Shown here: in pieces, positions 24,172-37,785 of the stretch
How positions within the stretch are numbered: the first letter of the stretch is position 1
Layout: the number at the start of each line of letters is the position of its first letter
Origin: Mobula hypostoma
Lineage: Eukaryota
Direction of reading: 5' to 3'
Length of the DNA stretch: 64,000 nt
Assembly (NCBI RefSeq): GCF_963921235.1
Contig: NC_086097.1
Span: 215,700,001 to 215,764,000 of the forward strand
Made by a program: the position numbers and the translations under genes
The notes under the pieces: model-generated
Told to the model about the DNA's origin: nothing
What the model saw: only the letters and a program-made list of their open reading frames with translations
Databases searched by the model: none

Positions 24172-25269
24172 GAGATGTACTTGGACGATAATTGGTGCAG
24201 TTAAACCACAGTCTTCTGCAAAAAGAATACAGTAATTTTTTTGTTTTCTGCTGGTTTAGATTACATAATATGATTCTCAATCAAAAGCTAGCTTTTCCTT
24301 CCCTAATGAGATTCTCTCATGCCTGCCTAAATTTACATTTGTAGACATCTCAACACTAAGGAGCATTTTAAAGATGTGCATGCATAAACTTGTTTACTTT
24401 TAACTGAGTAGCAGATACTTACATCACTTGTTCCTAACATTAAAATTTGTATCTGAATCCCAGCAAGGCTTCTAATGCTGCTTTATCCAACTCTTTTGAA
24501 TAAGTTGCAATCTTCAGATCTGAGATTTTTATCTAGAGAATAATTGAATCATTGTAAACCACTATAATGAAGCAGGTAGGAAACTTAGATAGCATGGGTT
24601 GCAGCCTGGTTTCTGTATTGTATAACTCTATCACTATATAACTAAAAATATACGAGAATAATTTGTTGATCTCAAATTGCTATTTTGGACCTTCCATTTT
24701 TAGTATTTTTGATATATGTGTTTATCAAAGGATATTATTAGCAAGTTAATTTTCATAGAAGATAACTAACAAGTTCTTAGATATCTGCAAAGAACATATT
24801 AATATCCAAATAAACTAAAAATCATTATGTGAAAAGCACAAACTGCATCTCTATTAATATCTTGTTGTTCTGTATCACCTCCTTCTTAGGTAGTCCTTTG
24901 GGATTAAGGATGACTCTGATTTTAAGGATTTGAGTTGGCTAACATGGGAACCATAGACTCTTCCACATACTGAACAGATGGCAGCTGACAGGGCAAGTGA
25001 CTGGGCAATTACATAGAACAAGGCACATAATACAGCACTGAACAGGCAATTTGGCCCATGCTGATTTATGTAAAATGTCCTTCTCCTGTGTATCATCCAC
25101 ACCTCTCCATTCCCTACAATTTTACAATTTTACCCCTCCATTCCCTGCAATAAACTCCAGCATATGGACGGATTCCACTCCTATCCCTGGTGACCCATTC
25201 TGGGTACCTAATATAGAGGATATTTTGCCTGAGAGAGGAAAATAATTTTGGTTTGCTTATCTTTCCACT

Positions 25270-26990
25270 GAATTTGGATAATTTTTCATAGAAAACAAAA
25301 GGTGGTATTTTCCAGTAACTACTGTAGTTAGTCCAGTGTCTGGAAGCATATAGGAGAGAATGGATCGCTATTGCTAATTAGACCATGAGCTTGGTGCCAG
25401 GTCTGATGTCTTGCTCTTCAAATGTCCTTTTCTTCAATGTCCAAAGGCTGTGGTGGCACAGTGAAGAAAGTGGTGAATATTCATCCTCAAGTCTATCTTC
25501 AACAAGAGCTGGTTCCTGGGATTATAGGAGGTGGTCCCAGTTTTCCAGGGTCTTGTCATGAACCTCTGTCATTGGAAAGAGGCACAGTAGAGCAAAAGGC
25601 AGGGTAGTAGAGGAGCTTTATCTTGCAAATGTTGAGTGTGAGGCCCACCTACTTTGTATGCATCAGTCGAAGCTCTGACAGTGGCTCAGAGCTTGGAATC
25701 TGAGTGTGTGTAAATGCAAATGCTGTTTGCATATTGTAGCTTGACTAATGAGTTTTGGTTCTGGAGTAGAGTCACCAGAGGTCAATTAACTTCCCATTAA
25801 TTCTAAAGTTTAACCCCATTCCTACAGGAAGAAGGGAAGCTGACATTGTGCAAGAGGTATTGATGAGAGCCTTGAGACAATGACACAGCCTTGTTTGATA
25901 CCTCTCCTTACAGAATGGTTGTTGACCCATTGATTCACATCACAGCATGTGTACCACTGTGTTCAGAAGAATTTCTGTAGACAGCCAAATTTGAAGAAGG
26001 TGTTGCACAGTTTCCCCTAAATGATGGAGTCAAAGGCTTTGGTGAAGTCAAAAAGGGCCACATCTATTTGCTGGAGCTGTTGCTATCAATTCTTGTGTAG
26101 TTCCCACTTGAAAGCGATCATTCCAGGTACAGCAGGAGCCCATGGAGAAGATGGCAGAAGAGGACCCTGACAATGGTCTTACTCTGGTGGGCAGCAGGAA
26201 GACCACTTTTATCTTCCACATTTGGCATGTTTGCTTTCTTAAACATGCCCATTGTCACAGCATCTCTGAGATCCCCCTGAATAACATCCTCTTTCCCAAT
26301 CTAACTGGTGCTGGACTGATTACTGCCAAATCCACTTGATTACCTTTACCACCATAACTCCAAAACATCAGCACAAACAGAAGCATTTCCACAAAAAGTG
26401 TCAAAGCTCTTCAGGACCACACAAAGCCAGCACTCCTGACAAATGACCTGTCAACTTCCAACCTACATACAATATACCACTAAGTGTCCACAGCTTATGG
26501 GCTGCCCTGAGGTCCACCATCATTGGCACCGGTGAAGAAACTCTAGCTTCAATAGCAAAAAGATCTGTCTGGTTAATGTAACTGAGCAGGAGATTGAGCA
26601 ACTAATTAATCTCAAACATAAAGCATAAGCTTATCAAGGGAAGGGGAAAAGGTTTACAGGCGCATGATTGAAAACCAGAGACTTAAAGAGAGTGCAGGAG
26701 ATGCAGCAACCCACTCAGTTCATTTTGGGTTCTTCAGCCATGCAGAGCACAAACACCCAACCCACCGAGAGCCAGCAAGAGAGGTAAACTCATCAGAGAC
26801 AGAAAGGCAGTCGATGTCACGGGTGGGAACATTTTGAAAATATACTGACCAATGGCCCTGTCTTTGATGGCCACACACATAACTCCATCCCAAAGCAGCC
26901 TCTCTGGGGTAGCCTTGCTACCACCCCTAACCGAGATGACAACAGCCTCAGGAAGAAACAGTATTTTCACTGGAATTCAAAAGCTATTTA
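25270..26990. mobile_element. Highly decayed RTE-like LINE fragments, apparently on both strands
   Basis: The - strand at ~26020-26060 reads LFDFTKAFDSII (RTE-type FxDLxKAFD). The + strand at ~26400-26990 resembles the RTE EN-RT linker. Boundaries approximate. Confidence 0.5.
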
Positions 26991-27339
26991 ATCCATTGCC
27001 AGAAATGTATGAATATTAAACAGTACCAACATCTAAGTAAAAACTCTTTGCATTAAACATCCAATAAAACCTTCAAAATGAGCAGCATACTGACTCATCA
27101 AACTTTTCAGAAGACCACAATAATTTCTTTCACTTTACTGACAATCTATGTTTGCTGCCAATGAAATTTTGAATAGACATACATATATATTGTATATAGA
27201 GAAAGAAACAAAAGGATAATAGGTAGTCAGATAGAAGGACAGATGTTGGATAGATGGATGAATGCATGAGTAGGTGGGTTGATAATGAATATGAAACATG
27301 AAACATTAACTGAATTTTAATGAAATAAAAATACGTGCA

Positions 27340-27775
27340 TGTATGTCGTCAATTTATATACATCACTTTCTCACGAACAGCAATTCAGGAATTATCCAAT
27401 TATCTGTTCTCAGTAGTTATTGCTTAGGGATAAAAACTGGCCAGGACAACAGGGATAATTCCCTTAGTTTCCTCAGAACTGTGTAATGAGATTAATCCAC
27501 CTGTAGTGACAAACAAGACTTCAGATTTAGATCTTAAGTGATAGATGGCACCAGCTCCAAAGTAGCACTCCCTCAGTTATATTCTAAACACAAGAGATTC
27601 TGCAGATGCTAAAAATACAGGGCATCTCTCCATAGAAGAAATCTGACCTGCTCAGTTCCTCCAGCATTTTGTGTTTGTTGCTCAGTTATATTCTTTCTGG
27701 CTAGACTTTTGTTCTTAAGTCACTGGAATGAAATTTGAAGCCACAGACCTCCGACTGAAAGAGAATGTAATGAAA
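27340..27775 (-). mobile_element. Deu-domain SINE (SacSINE1/AmnSINE1-like), interrupted by a fold-back element
   Basis: Reverse-complement similarity to the + strand copy at 59250-59670 (GGCCAGGACAAC.GGGATAA.TCCC; GCACTCCCTCAGT; tRNA-like head at the right end). Confidence 0.6.
27586..27680. mobile_element. Collapsed Penelope-derived fold-back element with 14-bp TSD
   Basis: ACACAAGAGATTCTGCAGATGCT..CTCAGTTCCTCCAGCATTTTGTGT flanked by CTCAGTTATATTCT at 27572-27585 and 27681-27694. Confidence 0.8.
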
Positions 27776-28264
27776 CAATAGCAGGACTTGTATGATGCAT
27801 CCAAGTCTGAGATTGGCAGTGGATCTGTGTAATGTAGCAAACCACTTTCCTAGACTACAATACCATGCATTTGTGAACACATCTTGAACCAGCAAACTGA
27901 TGAACTAAAACTGAACAATTAGATAAACATTCAAGCAGTATGCTAGTCTGTGCAGCCAAACTAGATTACATTAAGAGTCTGCCATAAACGTCAAAGGATT
28001 GCATGTCAAACAAACTGCAATCCCAGCAAAACAAAACAGTTTACCATTTGTTCATTATAAAATTCCATATATTATAGTTGTGTTTTGCATTCTGCAAGTC
28101 ACACATCTGACAATATTCCAGTTTGAAAAATTAGTTGTGACTCTGCTGTTAACTGCCTCAAAATACCCCTCCAGAAACTTCAATAATTGGAGATAAAGAT
28201 CTAGAAATAGGGTCAATTAGTACTTGTTCTTTTATGCGAAACTTGTGTATAAATTGATGAATTC

Positions 28265-28855
28265 GAAGTATTCAAAGTAAAGTTTGTTATCAAAGTTCAT
28301 ATACAATTCCATGCAAATTCTTAATCACATATATATGTATCTATTATGCCTAAGACTTTTGCACAGTACTGTATATTAGTTAAAATAGGAAGGTGGTTTA
28401 GAAGGAGAAATAAGAGTACTTAGCTTTGTACTATCTCAGTAATATTGCGTTAAGTATTAAGAAAAACTGCACACAAACACTGAAAATCAATGTGCAAAAG
28501 ACAATGTGAAAATACTAAAATAAATAAATAATGCTGAGTTATAGAGTACTTGAAAGTGAGTCCACAGGTTGTGGAATCATTTCTTTGCTGACTGAGGTTA
28601 TCCACACTGGTTCGGGAGCCAGATGGTTAAAGGGTAATAACTATTCCTGAACGTGGCGACGTGGGACCTGGAGCAGCACTGAGAAGAGAGCACGGTCTGG
28701 ATTGTGGGAGTCCTTGATGATGGTTGCTGCTGTCTTCTGGCTGCGCTCCTTGTAAATGTGCTCAGTGCTGGGAAGGGCTTTACCTGTGATGGACTGGGGT
28801 GTATCCACTATTTATTGTAGGCTTTTCTGTTCTTGGGCATTGGTGTTTCCATACT
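28265..28855 (-). mobile_element. Rex1/Babar-like LINE 3' end containing a Tc1-type MITE terminus
   Basis: TTCAAAGTAAAGTTTGTTATCAAAG tail; GGGTAATAACTATTCCTGAAC and GAGTCCTTGATGATG coding remnants. TIR TGCCTAAGACTTTTGCACAGTACTG followed by TA at 28347-28373. Confidence 0.6.
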
Positions 28856-29513
28856 GTGTAAACCTTGAGTAGATCATCGATCATGCTTGTGATCATTTCT
28901 TGGTGAAATTTTGCCCATCATAAAATTGGATGCACACGTTACCTGTGCATTACTCATATTAGCACAAATGGTAACTTTCACTGTCTTAAGTCTGTTATTT
29001 ACATAACACCTGTTATACCTTACTGATATAAGGTGAAGCTGAGAGCTGAAACCCATGACCGTCATTGGTCAGGCCAGGAAAAGGCTATATATTTTTATTA
29101 CCATTTAAAGGAACAACATTGGGCATCTGACTGGGCAGTATCACAACTCACTGCAGGCAGCTGTTACACCTTCCAAATTCATAGGTTGTGCTTAACCTAA
29201 CAGGGGGGCTATCCTTTGTATTTAGTTACTAAGAAATTGAATCACTAGGAGCCTTAGTAATGATACTGTTGGCAGCGCTCCATTACTGAAAGCTGGCACC
29301 TCAGGTTGAATCAAACACTTAGGAGAGCATGAGGCAAAAATAATCCCCATCAATAAGGAGTCTTCGCTGTGGAAATTTCAGTGATAACACACATTACCTG
29401 GGCCTTCCCAATGAACAATGTATTCAACCGGCCTACGCTTTCTAAGGATGGGTCCACAGAGACTCATTACATTCTGTAGACCTTTCAGCCACTCTTTCAT
29501 GCTCACTCTAGGG

Positions 29514-30462
29514 CAGGGGTCCCCAACCACCGGGCCGCGAGGAAACAGTACGATTTGGCGATATGAGTCAGCTGCACCTTTCCTCATTCCTTGTCGTGCC
29601 CACTGTTGAGCTTGAACGCATGCGAGGTCATTACCCACGTGAGGTCATCAGTCAGTCATTAACCTACAACTACTCGGTGAGTAAAAAAGAAACGTCGCTT
29701 GAAAGTTTCTTTGGAAGAGGTGGTAGGTGACATAAAAGGGCTATCGATGATGATAACACAGAGACAGCTGAGGCCGAGACTGCAAAAAAAAGAAAGCTTT
29801 CCTTCAACAGAAAATACGACGAGTCATACATAAAATATGGCTTTATTGCGACCGGTGACTCACACGCTCCAAGCCCCCCATGTGTGATATGTGGAGACAA
29901 TCTGTCTAATGAGGCAATGAAGCCCTCAAAACTGCTTCAGAACCTTGAGTCCAAGCACCCTGCACTTAGACAAACCCGTCGAGTTTTTTGAACGGATAAA
30001 ACGTGAGCAAGCGGGACAGAAGCAAGTGCTGAGAGCCACCAGCTCCACAAATGCTGCTGCTCTGAGAGCGTCGTACTTAGTGGCTAGCCGTATTGCTAAG
30101 GCTAAGAAGCCTTTCACTGTAGGTGAAGAATCGATTCTGCCTGCTGCCAAGGACATGTGCCGTGAACAGTTGGGAGAAGCTGCAGCTAACAAGATGGCAC
30201 AGGTTTCTCTTTCAGCTACCACAGTTTCAAGGAGAATCGATGATACAACGGAGGACATCGAAGCACAGCTGTTGGAACTGCTTAACGAGTCACCATGGTA
30301 TGCTATCCAGGTCGACGAGTCTACCAATGTCGACAACAAGGCAATACTGCTGGTTTATGTGTGATATATATTTCAAGACGATGTGCACGAGGATATGTTG
30401 TTTGCACTGCCACTGCCAACTAACGCAACTGGGGCAGAACTATTCAAGTCTTTGAATGACTA
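29514..30462 (+). mobile_element. hAT-Charlie/Buster DNA transposon (Charlie3/OposCharlie1-like), 5' part, pseudogenised transposase
   Basis: TIR CAGGGGTCCCCAACC after the 8-bp target CTCTAGGG. BED-finger region YGFIATGDSHAPSPPCVICGDNLSNEAMKPSKL. ORF 29945-30364 has RASYLVASRIAKAKKPFTVGEE.ILPAAKD and YAIQVDESTNV (first catalytic D). Stops and frameshift present; no 3' TIR seen. Confidence 0.9.
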
Positions 30463-32349
30463 GAGTCGAGGGTGGTCAAGTCTTCACACTGATATTGAAA
30501 TTCAATGCCAAAGTATTTTTCCATCTGGCTCCACCAAATGTTTGGGATATTTACCAGTTTGCTATTTGCCACTGTTAAAATTTCAGCCAAGTGCTACAAA
30601 CATGAAAAAATGGCTTCATCAACATTGATTTCAAGGAGGAATGGATAGCAGCCTGGGCACTAGGAATTTCAAGTATTGCTGGGTTCCTATGAGTTCTTAT
30701 TAAGGCTTCTCTTAATAACCTGTGTATTTTCATACCTTCCACAATGTATAGGTAGTTGAAGATCATCATCAGTTCCTCATGGTGATTGTTGTGTTCTAGC
30801 AAGTACAAAAGACTAAATCTCTCTCAGAAAGAATGCTCTTTCAGACATTGTCAATGGGCTGCATACCCAGATAGATGAGTGAAAGGGACAACCTATATCT
30901 TTGATTCCTTATAGTGTGCTTTTCAAACACAGCAGCAAAGTGGTTCATCGAATGCCTATGCTGCAGAAGAAAAGACATTTAGCCATTACTTTCATTCCAC
31001 ATGAACCATTTTACCCATGAATGGTCTATGCTCCTGCATTTGTAGTTCTACAAATACAAAAACCTAGATTATTCAACTGAGTTGAACTTTCCCCCAATTA
31101 CTTTGGTGGGACTGGAAGTTATGTTTCTGAGGCGTTAGTCGGTCCTTGGATTTTAATCCTTTCAGCCATCATACCCATTGAAGAGGTAACAAAAGCCATA
31201 TTGTGGAAAGTTGTGTTGATCTAAAAATGAGCTTGTGTTTCCTGCAACAGCCAGAGATCACCTGCAGCATCTGCCAGCCAAATGTAAAGCTTTTATGTGG
31301 TGTTCTGCTTGCAAACTGGGGCAGCAGCCTGCGTCAGGGTAACAATGGGTAGAACTGAGCCCAGGGTACATGAGGCAGATTCCTAAGAGCAACAGGCACT
31401 AGAGGAGCAGGATAACAAAGGTATCTACCAGACAGGTGACTCTGTTCAGCATCTTGAACCTCACGGATAATTTGGAATCTCTCAGCAGATCAGGCAAACA
31501 GAACTGGGATCTGATGAATGATCTCCTGCCTGAAATGTGAATCATGTTTCTCTTTCCGTAGATGCATCAGGTTTCCAAACTGTTCATGGTTTTTGTTTTT
31601 GCTTTTTGTTGTAGATTTCCAGCATGTTCAGATCTTGTTTAAATTTGCAATCAGAAGATGAAACCTATATGACAATTGATGATCCCTTACTTGCTGTTTT
31701 ACGGGTCAATTTCTACTGATTTCTTAAATCAATAATTGAAATCCAGATCCATCCACCGACTTGGCATACTATGGTCTGCAATTCACCCTGACATTGTTTC
31801 TGAGGACATGAAATTTAATTGTGTAGTGCTCCATTCAATGGATATTTCACTCCTGCAGAAGGCAAATGTCATCTCCTCCTGCTAGTCCCTTCTTATACGG
31901 GGTGGAGTAGTTCTCCTCCCACCCCACCTCATCAGCACACACGAACTGATCATGAATGAGATTGTCTGTGCCTCTTTACTAAACCTGCGAGCTTCCTCCT
32001 TTACCCGTACAGCCTTTCGTTCCTCCTTGACAGCTATTGCACTTGTTGCTAGTGTCTGTCTGTCCCGGGGAGTGTGTCTTTAAAGGTATCGCGCTTTCTT
32101 CATTAGTGCATTTCAAAGTGACCGAAGCTACCCAAAATTGATGTGGTCCCATCGGGTCTCGTCAACAACAGTGCAGCTCCCGTTTTGGTGTAATTTCCTT
32201 GGAGAAAGCCATCAATTTCAAGCATCTTTTTGGTCAATTCCACCTTTGTTTCTAACGACAGTTTATGGAAGGTGGTGAAATTTAATTTCAAGAGGTCTCT
32301 TGGCTGAGAACTAAAAGCAAGGACCCATTTATTCTCTCCAGTGGATTTA

Positions 32350-32582
32350 AAGTTCCCAGTTTCTATTTCCTTGCTACTCTGGCTAATATTTTTTCCTCAC
32401 TCAACGTTGATGAGACAGATTTTGTGGTTATTATCACATTACTGCTCGTGGGAGTTTACTCGGTGTATTGCTTCGTGAAGTGTCTGTCCCCGTAGTAGAA
32501 CGTCAGAAATACTTCACTTGGTGTAAAGCGCTTTGGGACATTCTGAAAGGAAGGTGAAATGCTCCATATAGTGCAAATCTCT
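32350..32582 (+). mobile_element. Deu-domain SINE, 3' half
   Basis: CTGGCTAATATTTTTCCTCA..TTATCACATTACTGCTCGTGGGAG..GTAAAGCGCTTTGGGACAT..ATATAGTGCAAATCT. Confidence 0.65.
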
Positions 32583-32899
32583 CATTGTACAGTGTCTATC
32601 GTTGCTGTTGTGACAATTTGAATGTTTATGAGAGGCACTATTTTAAGATAACATATCTAATTATTTGGTGAAGAAACTGGCCACTGTACCTATTGGCCAT
32701 TTGCACCAGTCGTCCATACATTCCCCTAGGATGCGTTCACCGAGATTTTCAGCAGGAGACGCCCTTTAATATTAAAAATGTCTGTTGTCAACTATCTTGA
32801 ATTTTACATTCGACGATCCCTGACGGACGAATGAAAGCAAAGCCTGTCCTATTGCTATATTAGGGCATTTTCCTTACGTTAGATGATTGTTTAAATAAA

Positions 32900-33027
32900 A
32901 GCACAAGAAATTCTGCAGTTGCTGGAAATCGCATCAGTGTCTCGGCCCGAAACGTCGACTGTTTATTTATTTCCATAGCTGATGCGTGAGCTGCTGAGAT
33001 CCCCCAGCATTTTGTGTGTATTACTCT
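32900..33027. mobile_element. Penelope-derived fold-back element (internally deleted)
   Basis: CACAAGAAATTCTGCAGTTGCTGGAAATC joined to TCTCGGCCCGAAACGTCGACTG..CCAGCATTTTGTGTG, with flanking TGTTTAA repeats as a degenerate TSD. Confidence 0.75.
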
Positions 33028-35299
33028 GTTTAAGCAAATATGATTATTAGTGAACGTAAACGAATATTATTGCAAAAGTTTGTATTGTTCATTGCAACAA
33101 AAACGAACTCAAATTTTAATTGCATATTTGTCCCTAGGCATATTTTAGGTACTAATAACTCTGCTGTGTTTCATGCTTATGGCGCTAAAATCCTTGTTAG
33201 CACTCAGGATAGATGAAGAAGTGCCCACTATTTTATCTGTTCAATCGCTTGAAAATAATTCAATTGCTTCAACTCCAGTGGCGAAATCAATAACAAATCT
33301 GCCATTCGGCAAACACCAACTTCATGGCAAAGTGTAGAATTTTAATTTTAATTTAATTCATAAATGGGGGTGTGAAGATAGGAAGTTACAAAAGTAGTAC
33401 CTATTCTGACTTGCAACGCATCTAAATATCATCCCTTGTCATTCTATCACTGTTATGGTTAAGATAACATATATTGCTTCAGTTTGATGCAAGTATTCGT
33501 TTTACCTACAAAATATGAATTACCAGTTAGGATTGATAATTTGATTCATGAAAGGATAAGTAAAATATAACTGATCTTGTTAAAATATGAAAGTTTTTAA
33601 ATTTATCTCTTTGACATTCGTAGAATTCCCTTCTACTATTTTATTGCGTGGTTTTCATTCATAAATAAAATGTTTTAAAGAAGAACGGATATTGTAGATT
33701 TCAAGATTGCACGAGTTTAAGTAGATGGAACGTGAATTAAGTCAAGTTCCAATTCATATTTGTATACTTTTAGCAAATTAAGTTAATCCATTTTCATTAT
33801 TCTGTTAAACTTTCATTTACATACTCTAGTATCTTAGTTTTGTTAGCATCAAACATGAGTTTCGTAGATCGAATATTTTGTCCTCAAGGTTGAATTTTAA
33901 CCCTTTAGTGGACAACACGGGTATCATCAAATGATTTTCACCAAAGCTTTGGTAGCTGGATGAAACAAAAAACAAAGGAAATGGACAGATTTAGTTAGAT
34001 GTTTATTACCATAAGTTTCGAAAAGATACTTTTATATTGTAGCCATTCCGAACTACACATTATCTGATCACTCATATAATTCAGTCATTTGTGAATTTGT
34101 GGCCAACAACATTCTTCATTTAATTTGCATTAATACTTCGATCAAAGTTATGACTATGTTCTATACCAGCAAGCGAGGAGTAACATAAACACGCTGCATA
34201 TTCGACACCAAATGAAATAAGTGTGCAGTATATGTCTTTGAACTGACAATGCTTGGTGGATTGGACATCCTACCAGGCATGGCAGTTCTAATTATAAAGA
34301 ACGCAAATTACCATTTGAGGGGGAAGGGGAAAATCAAATGTTGCTTTTGGTTTAACTAAATCCGAGGCGAAAACTGAATCGCTTTAAATGAAGTGGCGAC
34401 TTCTTTTTTTATTAAATTCCTTGTACTACCTCAGCTCTACAATTCACAGATTATGCAAAGGGTTGGATTAACGATTGGATCTGCATTTGTACAAACTGCT
34501 ACTTTCCCTGTCCTTTTCTGCGCTCTGATGTTACCGAACACATTGACACTAAACTCCAATAGGAGTTGTGAACTCTAATGAGGATCGGGTTAATAAATAA
34601 ATCAGTACAACGTGATAGCTCTGAAGACGGAGCTCTGAACAGTAAAGTTAAAGCAGCTGCTGCCAGAGAAAAGGCGATGACTTTGGCGAGGCAGGCAAAA
34701 ATGGAGATTTTTTTAAAAATTCTTTGAGTAATTGCTGTTAAATCATACACATTTCTGATACCATTCTGGAGTCCAACCTCCGGTGAAAATGAGATTTGAT
34801 TGAAATGCAAACCCAAGAATATTTTATCTAGGCAACATTTAAGGATTTTCATGTTACAATAGACAACTAGGAAATATTTTCCGTTGACTTGCTTCCTCCG
34901 TGAAGTTAATTTTTAAATGCTTTGAAAAGAAATGCATCGCATAGTAGAAGAGAGATAAAGGTTGATGACTTCAGAAAGTTGATGTAAGCTTCACCCAAAT
35001 AAACTCACTGCTTGTTGAGGCTAAACCCCAGTGTTCTCCCGGTCATAATAAACATTTATGTGAATGTGAGCGTGCTTCTCCAACTGTAATGTAAACCTCA
35101 TACAAAATGTTAACTCTCTTGGCTGCGGATATCATACAAACTCTGAAAAGATGTGAAACATTATCTCCCTTTCACAGTTCAGGTGGAGATCTAAATACGT
35201 TAGTATTTATATGTAGACTGAACCCCACGCTGTTCGTAATATCCTTCACGAAAATCCTTTCGACCCTTGTATATACCAAGCACCATTGTGCCATCAACA

Positions 35300-35760
35300 G
35301 AGAAGGTAAAAGAAATCCTTGTATTCATAGTATGGCTTTCTGGCCTAAGGTTAAATCAAAATGTTTTGCAACCAAATAACATCCTTTTTAAACTTAATTG
35401 CTGCTATAATGTAGAAAACACATCAGCTAGTTTTTATGCAACAAGCTCTTGCAGACAGCGAACTATTAATGACATGATAATCTTTTTTTAGGGATGGCGA
35501 ATGAAGGGAAATGTTGCTCAAACAACCTGGGATAACTCCCCTGCTGTTCTTCAAAATAGCAGGATAACATCTTTTAACATTCACCGAGAGAGCAGATGGG
35601 GCTTTTCTGCAAGGCCACCTTTGAAAGACAGCATCTCTGTCAATGCAGCACTCTATCAGAGCTGCACGCGAACATTGGCGTAGATTTTTTGTGTTTAAGC
35701 CTCAGGTATAGGATCAATATATGAAGCTTTGAGTGAGAGGTGACAGTGATATAAGGAATA
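35300..35760 (-). mobile_element. Deu-domain SINE
   Basis: GGATAACTCCCCTGCTGTTCTTCAAAATAG..TTTTAACATTCACCGAGAG..GAAAGACAGCATCTCTGTCAATGCAGCACTC is the reverse complement of the body of the 59250 copy. Confidence 0.7.
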
Positions 35761-37494
35761 AGTCTTGGGGGCTCTCTGAAGAGGTATGTGAACATTAAAC
35801 AATGAAATTGGCTCAATTGAAAGTAGAAATGATCTATTTGTGCACACAGCTACTAGACAATTCCCTTCAAAATTGTGCGTACAGACTAAACTCTAGCTCC
35901 AACTGTCTCAAGTAGCAAATATGACATTTTCTCTCTTGGAATGTGGAAAAATAAATAAAATGCATTTAAAGGAATTTAAACTATATGTACTTTTAAGCTC
36001 CCACTAGGAAGTTTCATATCAGTTGATCAGACCAGTTTGCAGTTTTCATTCCTGCAGATTCCAAGGCAATTCCAGGATAATTCCGGAGAGTAATCATGCT
36101 ACACCTCCAGCAATTGTCCTTGAGATGTATATTTTGCTATAATCTTGGCCAGCACTGTTCCAACCATCAGATCAGATCTGTGTGAAACATGGGCATCCTT
36201 CCTCATATAGCACATTCAGACTATATTTCAAAGAATAATTTCATTATAACATTCTCTTATTTTTTGACTAATCAAAACCACAATATCTTTCTGAAAGTGT
36301 AACGAACATTAAACAAACTTTAACTTTAATGATTCCACCTTTAGTCTTTTAAACAACATTCCTGACCTCACTGTCCCTTCTGACTTTAAATGTAGCAGAC
36401 ATTCTTCACCATTCACAAAACTGTTTTCAAAAATGGTCTGGACCTTAAGTCAACAACACTATCCTGTTTAATAACTGCTAATGCTTTACATAGAAAAATG
36501 TGCTCAAGTTTTGAATACTGTATCCTTACTCAAGGAAGCTTTATTAATTCAAACTAGGACTATGTACTGTATGACACAATGTAACTTATTGTTTCAGAGA
36601 CAAACCATATTTCACTTAAAGCCTTAGATTATTTTCTTCATTGCAACCTATCCAGTTTCTCCAGGTTATCAATAATACTACAAAGCTTTAGACTAAGTTC
36701 ACATCTTGTCAGTATTCTATCCTACACATTCTTGTTCTTCAATACAGGCTCATCTAACTGAAATCAAAATTCTTCCCTCAACCTCCTACACCTACTTTTT
36801 CTCTTGACACTCAAACTATGAGCTTCCTGCCCTCCTTAGGTTTTTAGCATTTGCTTTCAATATCTAGATCTTTAAAAACACAACAATGAATAATTGATTG
36901 ATACTTCCTGAATGATTCCTCTCCTTTTACAACTATGAAAGTTGCCTATCTTATACTTTCACTGTGGCTTTTCATTCCTAAACAATTGATATTTATACTT
37001 TACCTGGGAGCTAAAGCTGCCAAACAATTAAAATGTGCATCTCATGCATATTACTTTCTGCTTTTTCATTATGTATTATTTTCCTCCATACATGACTCAC
37101 ACATTCTCATTCACACTATGCACAAAATAGAAAGTTTAAATCTATATCCTATCTTATTGCATATCCATAAAGAAGTGTTAATTCCCTTTCCATATGTGAA
37201 AACCTGAGCAAAAATGCAATTATTTTAAACATAATGTGTTCCTATAAATATGTTGAGATGGACAACTCTATAACAGTATGATTGTTTAATCAATAGAGGG
37301 ATACTGGCCAGGGAACCAGGGGAAAAATTACGTCTGCTGTAACATTTTAAATTGGAACTTAACTAAACATATCACATTATCAAGAAAAGTAGATAGACTG
37401 GAAAATATTTTTCTTCCCGCAATGTACTTCAGCATTCCCATCCAGGATTGGCAATGCCTAAAATCCATCAATAAGGACCCCCCCCCCACAAGCA

Positions 37495-37785
37495 CCACCA
37501 CCCAAGACATGCCCTCTTCTTACCACTACCATCAGAGAGGAGGTAAACACTCAATGTGTTAGGAACAGCTTCTTCCCCTCCACCATCAGATTTTGAATGG
37601 AAAATGAAGCCATGAACTCTAGCTCACTATTGTTGTTCTGTTTTGCACTATTTGTTTATTTGCAATATATATTCATTATACAAACGTTTGTAATTTATAA
37701 TATATTTAATGTACTGCACTGTACTGCTGTTGCAAAACAACAGTTTTATGTCAAAGATAATAAAATTGAGTCTGATTCTGAATTG
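37495..37785 (+). mobile_element. Rex1/Babar-like LINE 3' end
   Basis: ALFLPLPSERR..RNSFFPSTIR remnant, then AATAAAA and a TCTGATTCTGA tail. Confidence 0.7.

Noticed and set aside
31780..32330. Non-repetitive, complex-looking block (also ~7290-7560, ~12420-12740, ~57000-57400) as conserved enhancers or exons
   Set aside because: Only short E-box, TAAT and TGACA motifs are visible, and conservation cannot be judged without alignments.
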